From Euprymna scolopes (Eukaryota): a stretch of DNA of 64,000 bases. Positions 54,101 through 64,000 of the stretch are shown piece after piece (position 1 is the first letter of the stretch; the number at the start of each line of letters is the position of its first letter). Below the pieces are notes generated by a model that saw only the letters and a list, made by a program, of their open reading frames with translations, searched no databases and was not told the origin of the DNA. The position numbers were made by a program, and so were the translations under genes. The stretch lies in assembly GCA_053919585.1 (NCBI GenBank), contig CM132827.1, one strand, 5' to 3'.

Positions 54101-56540
54101 CAGCGCCGAAGAAGACGGACGCATGTAATCTCGCTTCGTGTCTATTGAACTAAGGCATGGTTCTTAAACAAGATTTCAACTCAGCGCCGAAGAAGACGGA
54201 CGCATGTAATCTCGCTTCGTGTCTATTGAACTAAGGCATGGTTCTAAAACAAGATTTCAACTCGGCGCCGAAAAAGACGGACGCATGTAATCTCGCTCCT
54301 TGTCTATTGAACTAAGGCATGGTTCTAAAACAAGATTTCAACTCGGCGCCGAAGAAGACGGACGCATGTAATCTCGCTCCTTGTCTATTGAACTAAGGCA
54401 TGGTTCTAAAACAAGATTTCAACTCGGCGCCGAAGAAGACGGACGCATGTAATCTCGCTTCGTGTCTATTGAACTAAGGCATGGTTCTAAAACAAGATTT
54501 CAACTCGGCGCCGAAGAAGACGGACGCATTTAATCTCGCTCCGTGTCTATTGAACTAAGGCATGGTTCTTAAACAAGATTTCAACTCAGCGCCGAAGAAG
54601 ACGGACGCATGTAACCTCGCTTCGTGTCTATTGAACTAAGGCATGGTTCTTAAACAAGATTTCAACTCAGCGCCGAAGAAGACGGACGCATGTAATCTCG
54701 CTTCGTGTCTATTGAACTAAGGCATGGTTCTAAAACAAGATTTCAACTCGGCGCCGAAAAAGACGGACGCATGTAATCTCGCTCCTTGTCTATTGAACTA
54801 AGGCATGGTTCTAAAACAAGATTTCAACTCGGCGCCGAAGAAGACGGACGCATGTAATCTCGCTCCTTGTCTATTGAACTAAGGCATGGTTCTAAAACAA
54901 GATTTCAACTCGGCGCCGAAGAAGACGGACGCATGTAATCTCGCTCCGTGTCTATTGAACTAAGGCATGGTTCTAAAACAAGATTTCAACTCGGCGCCGA
55001 AGAAGACGGACGCATGTAATCTCGCTCCGTGTCTATTGAACTAAGGCATGGTTCTAAAACAAGATTTCAACTCGGCGCCGAAGAAGACGGACGCATGTAA
55101 TCTCGCTCCGTGCCTATTGAACTAAGGCATGGTTCTAAAACAAGATTTCAACTCGGCGCCGAAGAAGACGGACGCATGTAATCTCGCTCCGTGTCTATTG
55201 AACTAAGGCATGGTTCTAAAACAAGATTTCAACTCGGCGCCGAAGAAGACAGACGCATGTAATCTCGCTCCGTGCCTATTGAACTAAGGCATGGTTCTAA
55301 AACAAGATTTCAACTCGGCGCCGACGAAGACGGACGCATGTAATCTCGCTCCGTGCCTATTGAACTAAGGCATGGTTCTAAAACAAGATTTCAACTCGGC
55401 GCCGAAGAAGACGGACGCATGTAATCTCGCTCCGTGTCTATTGAACTAAGGCATGGTTCTAAAACAAGATTTCAACTCGGCGCCGAAGAAGACGGACGCA
55501 TGTAATCTCGCTCCGTGTCTATTGAACTAAGGCATGGTTCTAAAACAAGATTTCAACTCGGCGCCGAAGAAGACGGACGCATGTAATCTCGCTCCGTGTC
55601 TATTGAACTAAGGCATGGTTCTTAAACAAGATTTCAACTCGGCGCCGAAGAAGACGGACGCATGTAATCTCGCTTCGTGTCTATTGAACTAAGGCATGGT
55701 TCTAAAACAAGATTTCAACTCGGCGCCGAAGAAGACGGACGCATGTAATCTCGCTCCTTGTCTATTGAACTAAGGCATGGTTCTAAAACAAGATTTCAAC
55801 TCGGCGCCGAAGAAGACGGACGCATGTAATCTCGCTTCGTGTCTATTGAACTAAGGCATGGTTCTAAAACAAGATTTCAACTCGGCGCCGAAGAAGACGG
55901 ACGCATGTAATCTCGCTCCGTGTCTATTGAACTAAGGCATGGTTCTTAAACAAGATTTCAACTCGGCGCCGAAGAAGACGGACGCATGTAATCTCGCTTC
56001 GTGTCTATTGAACTAAGGCATGGTTCTTAAACAAGATTTCAACTCAGCGCCGAAGAAGACGGACGCATGTAATCTCGCTTCGTGTCTATTGAACTAAGGC
56101 ATGGTTCTAAAACAAGATTTCAACTCGGCGCCGAAGAAGACGGACGCATGTAATCTCGCTCCTTGTCTATTGAACTAAGGCATGGTTCTAAAACAAGATT
56201 TCAACTCGGCGCCGAAGAAGACGGACGCATGTAATCTCGCTCCGTGTCTATTGAACTAAGGCATGGTTCTTAAACAAGATTTCAACTCGGCGCCGAAGAA
56301 GACGGACGCATGTAATCTCGCTCCGTGTCTATTGAACTAAGGCATGGTTCTAAAACAAGATTTCAACTCGGCGCAGAAGAAGAAAGACGCATGTAATCTC
56401 GCTCCGTGTCTATTGAACTAAGGCATGGTTCTAAAACAAGATTTCAACTCGGCGCCGAAGAAGACGGACGCATGTAATCTCGCTCCGTGTCTATTGAACT
56501 AAGGCATGGTTCTAAAACAAGATTTCAACTCGGCGCCGAA
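42190..56540 (+). repeat. Dispersed block duplication of ~41 monomers: c. 42190-45520 repeated at c. 53206-56540 (offset 11016 = 136x81)
   Basis: Paired rare variants: GGATGC 42618/53634, GCATTT 43028/54044 and 43514/54530, CCGACG 44309/55325, GCGCAG 45359/56375. Confidence 0.9.
48350..51300 (+). repeat. 11-12-monomer higher-order repeat, ~3 copies
   Basis: A run of five AAAG-variant monomers (the 4th also CCT), followed by CTT, plain, AAAG and TGC monomers, starts at 48509, 49400 (+11x81) and 50372 (+12x81). Confidence 0.8.
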
Positions 56541-58229
56541 GAAGAAAGACGCATGTAATCTCGCTCCGTGTCTATTGAACTAAGGCATGGTTCTAAAACA
56601 AGATTTAAACTCGGCGCCGAAGAAGAAAGACGCATGTAATCTCGCTCCGTGTCTATTGAACTAAGGCATGGTTCTAAAACAAGATTTCAACTCGGCGCCG
56701 AAGAAGACGGACGCATGTAATCTCGCTTCGTGTCTATTGAACTAAGGCATGGTTCTAAAACAAGATTTCAACTCGGCGCCGAAGAAGACGGACGCATGTA
56801 ATCTCGCTCCGTGCCTATTGAACTAAGGCATGGTTCTAAAACAAGATTTCAACTCGGCGCCGAAGAAGAAAGACGCATGTAATCTCGCTCCATGTCTATT
56901 GAACTAAGGCATGGTTCTAAAACAAGATTTCAACTCGGCGCCGAAGAAGACGGACGCATGTAATCTCGCTCCGTGTCTATTGAACTAAGGCATGGTTCTA
57001 AAACAAGATTTCAACTCGGCGCCGAAGAAGAAAGACGCATGTAATCTCGCTCCGTGTCTATTGAACTAAGGCATGGTTCTAAAACAAGATTTCAACTCGG
57101 CGCCGAAGAAGAAAGACGCATGTAATCTCGCTCAGTGTCTATTGAACTAAGGCATGGTTCTAAAACAAGATTTCAACTCGGCGCCGAAGAAGAAAGACGC
57201 ATGTAATCTCGCTCCGTGTCTATTGAACTAAGGCATGGTTCTAAAACAAGATTTCAACTCGGCGCCGAAGAAGAAAGACGCATGTAATCTCGCTCCTTGT
57301 CTATTGAACTAAGGCATGGTTCTAAAACAAGATTTCAACTCGGCGCCGAAGAAGAAAGACGCATGTAATCTCGCTCCGTGTCTATTGAACTAAGGCATGG
57401 TTCTGAAACAAGATTTCAACTCGGCGCCGAAGAAGACGGACGCATGTAATCTCGCTCCGTGTCTATTGAACTAAGGCATGGTTCTTAAATAAGATTTCAA
57501 CTCGGCGCCGAAGAAGACGGACGCATGTAATCTCGCTCCGTGTCTATTGAACTAAGGCATGGTTCTAAAACAAGATTTCAACTCGGCGCCGAAGAAGAAA
57601 GACGCATGTAATCTCGCTCCGTGTCTATTGAACTAAGGCATGGTTCTAAAACAAGATTTCAACTCGGCGCCGAAGAAGACGGACGCATGTAATCTCGCTC
57701 CGTGCCTATTGAACTAAGGCATGGTTCTAAAACAAGATTTCAACTCGGCGCCGAAGAAGACGGACGCATGTAATCTCGCTCTGTGCCTATTGAACTAAGG
57801 CATGGTTCTAAAACAAGATTTCAACTCGGCGCCGAAGAAGACGGACGCATGTAATCTCGCTCCGTGTCTATTGAACTAAGGCATGGTTCTAAAACAAGAT
57901 TTCAACTCGGCGCCGAAGAAGACGGACGCATGTAATCTCACTCCGTGTCTATTGAACTAAGGCATGGTTCTAAAACAAGATTTCAACTCGGCGCCGAAGA
58001 AGACGGACGCATGTAATCTCGCTCCGTGTCTATTGAACTAAGGCATGGTTCTAAAACAAGATTTCAACTCGGCGCCGAAGAAGACGGATGCATGTAATCT
58101 CGCTCCGTGTCTATTGAACTAAGGCATGGTTCTAAAACAAGATTTCAACTCGGCGCCGAAGAAGACGGACGCATGTAATCTCGCTCCGTGCCTATTGAAC
58201 CAAGGCATGGTTCTAAAACAAGATTTCAA

Positions 58230-60010
58230 CTCGGCGCCGAAGAAGACGGACGCATGTAATCTCGCTTCGTGTCTATTGAACTAAGGCATGGTTCTAAAAC
58301 AAGATTTCAACTCGGCGCCGAAGAAGACGGACGCATGTAATCTCGCTCCTTGTCTATTGAACTAAGGCATGGTTCTAAAACAAGATTTCAACTCGGCGCC
58401 GAAGAAGACGGACGCATGTAATCTCGCTTCGTGTCTATTGAACTAAGGCATGGTTCTAAAACAAGATTTCAACTCGGCGCCGAAGAAGACGGACGCATGT
58501 AATCTCGCTCCGTGTCTATTGAACTAAGGCATGGTTCTTAAACAAGATTTCAACTCAGCGCCGAAGAAGACGGACGCATGTAATCTCGCTTCGTGTCTAT
58601 TGAACTAAGGCATGGTTCTTAAACAAGATTTCAACTCAGCGCCGAAGAAGACGGACGCATGTAATCTCGCTTCGTGTCTATTGAACTAAGGCATGGTTCT
58701 AAAACAAGATTTCAACTCGGCGCCGAAGAAGACGGACGCATGTAATCTCGCTCCTTGTCTATTGAACTAAGGCATGGTTCTAAAACAAGATTTCAACTCG
58801 GCGCCGAAGAAGACGGACGCATGTAATCTCGCTCCTTGTCTATTGAACTAAGGCATGGTTCTAAAACAAGATTTCAACTCGGCGCCGAAGAAGACGGACG
58901 CATGTAATCTCGCTCCGTGTCTATTGAACTAAGGCATGGTTCTAAAACAAGATTTCAACTCGGCGCCGAAGAAGACGGACGCATGTAATCTCGCTCCGTG
59001 TCTATTGAACTAAGGCATGGTTCTTAAACAAGATTTCAACTCGGCGCCGAAGAAGACGGACGCATGTAATCTCGCTCCGTGCCTATTGAACTAAGGCATG
59101 GTTCTAAAACAAGATTTCAACTCGGCGCCGAAGAAGACGGACGCATGTAATCTCGCTTCGTGTCTATTGAACTAAGGCATGGTTCTAAAACAAGATTTCA
59201 ACTCGGCGCCGAAGAAGACGGACGCATGTAATCTCGCTCCTTGTCTATTGAACTAAGGCATGGTTCTAAAACAAGATTTCAACTCGGCGCCGAAGAAGAC
59301 GGACGCATGTAATCTCGCTTCGTGTCTATTGAACTAAGGCATGGTTCTAAAACAAGATTTCAACTCGGCGCCGAAGAAGACGGACGCATGTAATCTCGCT
59401 CCGTGTCTATTGAACTAAGGCATGGTTCTTAAACAAGATTTCAACTCAGCGCCGAAGAAGACGGACGCATGTAATCTCGCTTCGTGTCTATTGAACTAAG
59501 GCATGGTTCTTAAACAAGATTTCAACTCAGCGCCGAAGAAGACGGACGCATGTAATCTCGCTTCGTGTCTATTGAACTAAGGCATGGTTCTAAAACAAGA
59601 TTTCAACTCGGCGCCGAAGAAGACGGACGCATGTAATCTCGCTCCTTGTCTATTGAACTAAGGCATGGTTCTAAAACAAGATTTCAACTCGGCGCCGAAG
59701 AAGACGGACGCATGTAATCTCGCTCCTTGTCTATTGAACTAAGGCATGGTTCTAAAACAAGATTTCAACTCGGCGCCGAAGAAGACGGACGCATGTAATC
59801 TCGCTCCGTGTCTATTGAACTAAGGCATGGTTCTAAAACAAGATTTCAACTCGGCGCCGAAGAAGACGGACGCATGTAATCTCGCTCCGTGTCTATTGAA
59901 CTAAGGCATGGTTCTTAAACAAGATTTCAACTCGGCGCCGAAGAAGACGGACGCATGTAATCTCGCTTCGTGTCTATTGAACTAAGGCATGGTTCTAAAA
60001 CAAGATTTCA
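58230..60010 (+). repeat. Tandem duplication of an 11-monomer (891-bp) unit
   Basis: The variant string TTC,CCT,TTC,CTT,TCA-TTC-CTT,TCA-TTC,CCT,CCT recurs at +891 (e.g. CTT at 58539 and 59430). Confidence 0.8.
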
Positions 60011-63000
60011 ACTCGGCGCCGAAGAAGACGGACGCATGTAATCTCGCTTCATGTCTATTGAACTAAGGCATGGTTCTAAAACAAGATTTGAACTCGGCGC
60101 CGAAGAAGACAGACGCATGTAATCCTGCTCCTTGTCTATTGAACTAAGGCATGGTTCTAAAACAAGATTTCAACTCGGCGCCGAAGAAGACGGACGCATG
60201 TAATCTCGCTCCTTGTCTATTGAACTAAGGCATGGTTCTAAAACAAGATTTCAACTCGGCGCCGAAGAAGACGGACGCATGTAATCTCGCTCCGTGTCTA
60301 TTGAACTAAGGCATGGTTCTAAAACAAGATTTCAACTCGGCGCCGAAGAAGACGGACGCATGTAATCTCGCTCCGTGTCTATTGAACTAAGGCATGGTTC
60401 TAAAACAAGATTTCAACTCGGCGCCGAAGAAGACGGACGCATGTAATCTCGCTCCGTGCCTATTGAACTAAGGCATGGTTCTAAAACAAGATTTCAACTC
60501 GGCGCCGAAGAAGACGGACGCATGTAATCTTGCTCCGTGCCTATTGAACTAAGGCATGGTTCTAAAACAAGATTTCAACTCGGCGCCGAAGAAGACGGAC
60601 GCATGTAATCTCGCTCCGTGCCTATTGAACTAAGGCATGGTTCTAAAACAAGATTTCAACTCGGCGCCGAAGAAGACGGACGCATGTAATCTCGCTCCGT
60701 GCCTATTGAACTAAGGCATGGTTCTAAAACAAGATTTCAACTCGGCGCCGAAGAAGACGGACGCATGTAATCTCGCTCCGTGCCTATTGAACTAAGGCAT
60801 GGTTCTAAAACAAGATTTCAACTCGGCGCCGAAGAAGAAAGACGCATGTAATCTCGCTCCGTGTCTATTGAACTAAGGCATGGTTCTAAAACAAGATTTC
60901 AACTCGGCGCCGAAGAAGAAAGACGCATGTAATCTCGCTCCGTGTCTATTGAACTAAGGCATGGTTCTAAAACAAGATTTCAACTCGGCGCCGAAGAAGA
61001 CGGACGCATGTAATCTCGCTTCGTGTCTTTTGAACTAAGGCATGGTTCTAAAACAAGATTTCAACTCGGCGCCGAAGAAGACGGACGCATGTAATCTCGC
61101 TCCTTGTCTATTGAACTAAGGCATGGTTCTAAAACAAGATTTCAACTCGGTGCCGAAGAAGAAAGACGCATGTAATCTCGCTCCGTGTCTATTGAACTAA
61201 GGCATGGTTCTAAAACAAGATTTCAACTCGGCGCCGAAGAAGACGGACGCATGTAATCTCGCTCCGTGTCTATTGAACTAAGGCATGGTTCTTAAACAAG
61301 ATTTCAACTCGGCGCCGAAGAAGACGGACGCATGTAATCTCGCTCCGTGTCTATTGAACTAAGGCATGGTTCTAAAACAAGATTTCAACTCGGCGCCGAA
61401 GAAGAAAGACGCATGTAATCTCGCTCCGTGTCTATTGAACTAAGGCATGGTTCTAAAACAAGATTTCAACTCGGCGCCGAAGAAGACGGACGCATGTAAT
61501 CTCGCTCCGTGTCTATTGAACTAAGGCATGGTTCTTAAACAAGATTTCAACTCGGCGCCGAAGAAGAAAGACGCATGTAATCTCGCTCCGTGTCTATTGA
61601 ACTAAGGCATGGTTCTTAAACAAGATTTCAACTCGGCGCCGAAGAAGACGGACGCATGTAATCTCGCTCCGTGTCTATTGAACTAAGGCATGGTTCTAAA
61701 ACAAGATTTCAACTCGGCGCCGAAGAAGAAAGACGCATGTAATCTCGCTCCGTGTCTATTGAACTAAGGCATGGTTCTAAAACAAGATTTCAACTCGGCG
61801 CCGAAGAAGACGGACGCATGTAATCTCGCTCCGTGTCTATTGAACTAAGGCATGGTTCTAAAACAAGATTTCAACTCGGCGCCGAAGAAGAAAGACGCAT
61901 GTAATCTCGCTCCGTGTCTATTGAACTAAGGCATGGTTCTAAAACAAGATTTCAACTCGGCGCCGAAGAAGACGGACGCATGTAATCTCGCTCCGTGTCT
62001 ATTGAACTAAGGCATGGTTCTAAAACAAGATTTCAACTCGGCGCCGAAGAAGACGGACGCATGTAATCTCGCTCCGTGTCTATTGAACTAAGGCATGGTT
62101 CTTAAACAAGATTTCAACTCGGCGCCGAAGAAGACGGACGCATGTAATCTCGCTCCGTGTCTATTGAACTAAGGCATGGTTCTAAAACAAGATTTCAACT
62201 CGGCGCCGAAGAAGACGGACGCATGTAATCTCGCTCCGTGCCTATTGAACTAAGGCATGGTTCTAAAACAAGATTTCAACTCGGCGCCGAAGAAGACGGA
62301 CGCATGTAATCTTGCTCCGTGCCTATTGAACTAAGGCATGGTTCTAAAACAAGATTTCAACTCGGCGCCGAAGAAGACAGACGCATGTAATCTCGCTCCG
62401 TGCCTATTGAACTAAGGCATGGTTCTAAAACAAGATTTCAACTCGGCGCCGAAGAAGACAGACGCATGTAATCTCGCTCCGTGCCTATTGAACTAAGGCA
62501 TGGTTCTAAAACAAGATTTCCACTCGGCGCCGAAGAAGACGGACGCATGTAATCTCGCTCCGTGCCTATTGAACTAAGGCATGGTTCTAAAACAAGATTT
62601 CAACTCGGCGCCGAAGAAGACGGACGCATGTAATCTCGCTCCGTGCCTATTGAACTAAGGCATGGTTCTAAAACAAGATTTCAACTCGGCGCCGAAGAAG
62701 ACAGACGCATGTAATCTCGCTCCGTGCCTATTGAACTAAGGCATGGTTCTAAAACAAGATTTCAACTCGGCGCCGAAGAAGACAGACGCATGTAATCTCG
62801 CTCCGTGTCTATTGAACTAAGGCATGGTTCTAAAACAAGATTTCAACTCGGCGCCGAAGAAGACGGACGCATGTAATCTCGCTCCGTGCCTATTGAACTA
62901 AGGCATGGTTCTAAAACAAGATTTCAACTCGGCGCCGAAGAAGACGGACGCATGTAATCTCGCTCCGTGCCTATTGAACTAAGGCATGGTTCTAAAACAA

Positions 63001-64000
63001 GATTTCAACTCGGCGCCGAAGAAGACGGACGCATGTAATCTCGCTCCGTGTCTATTGAACTAAGGCATGGTTCTAAAACAAGATTTCAACTCGGCGCCGA
63101 AGAAGACGGACGCATGTAATCTCGCTCCGTGCCTATTGAACTAAGGCATGGTTCTAAAACAAGATTTCAACTCGGCGCCGGAGAAGACGGACGCATGTAA
63201 TCTCGCTCCGTGCCTATTGAACTAAGGCATGGTTCTAAAACAAGATTTCAACTCGGCGCCGAAGAAGACGGACGCATGTAATCTCGCTCCGTGCCTATTG
63301 AACTAAGGCATGGTTCTAAAACAAGATTTCAACTCGGCGCCGAAGAAGACGGACGCATGTAATCTCGCTCCGTGCCTATTGAACTAAGGCATGGTTCTAA
63401 AACAAGATTTCAACTCGGCGCCGAAGAAGACGGACGCATGTAATCTCGCTCCGTGCCTATTGAACTAAGGCATGGTTCTAAAACAAGATTTCAACTCGGC
63501 GCCGAAGAAGACGGACGCATGTAATCTCGCTCCGTGCCTATTGAACTAAGGCATGGTTCTAAAACAAGATTTCAACTCGGCGCCGAAGAAGACGGACGCA
63601 TGTAATCTCGCTCCGTGCCTATTGAACTAAGGCATGGTTCTAAAACAAGATTTCAACTCGGCGCCGAAGAAGACGGACGCATGTAATCTCGCTCCGTGCC
63701 TATTGAACTAAGGCATGGTTCTAAAACAAGATTTCAACTCGGCGCCGAAGAAGACGGACGCATGTAATCTCGCTCCGTGCCTATTGAACTAAGGCATGGT
63801 TCTAAAACAAGATTTCAACTCGGCGCCGAAGAAGACGGACGCATGTAATCTCGCTCTGTGCCTATTGAACTAAGGCATGGTTCTAAAACAAGATTTCAAC
63901 TCGGCGCCGAAGAAGACGGACGCATGTAATCTCGCTCCGTGCCTATTGAACTAAGGCATGGTTCTAAAACAAGATTTCAACTCGGCGCCGAAGAAGACGG

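Larger units (their letters stand above)
31227..64000 (+). repeat. Tandem satellite array, same 81-bp monomer, ~405 copies (right contig; continues beyond window end)
   Basis: Same consensus and orientation as the left array. Monomer starts 38384 and 63980 differ by exactly 316x81. Confidence 0.99.

Noticed and set aside
58126-58284. TAA>CAA at 58201 fuses two micro-ORFs into a 52-codon ORF
   Set aside because: It is a singleton substitution with no evidence of expression, and is expected by chance among ~790 copies.

Overview
The whole window is one head-to-tail, single-orientation tandem array (satellite DNA) of an 81-bp monomer. The consensus is ACTCGGCGCCGAAGAAGACGGACGCATGTAATCTCGCTCCGTGYCTATTGAACTAAGGCATGGTTCTAAAACAAGATTTCA (~47-48% GC, 7 CpG per monomer), with about 789 copies that typically carry 0-3 substitutions each. 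The only interruption is a 100-N scaffold gap (31127-31226). I see no genes, RNA genes, transposons or CRISPR spacers, and the single ORF in the track is a gap artefact. The informative structure lies in the variant pattern: two monomer subfamily domains, 6-mer and 11-12-mer higher-order repeats, and nested block duplications with offsets of 23, 43, 97-98 and 136 monomers. About 14 kb flanking the gap (c. 17060-31126 vs 31227-c. 45450) is the same sequence twice, with degraded contig ends, and is most likely an unmerged assembly overlap. Speculative monomer-level signals are a wobble-tolerant hairpin, a 10-bp palindrome, an ATG-to-stop 25-codon micro-ORF whose commonest variants are mostly synonymous, and a p53-like bipartite motif. 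They are reported as hypotheses only. I cannot name the organism or the satellite family from the sequence.
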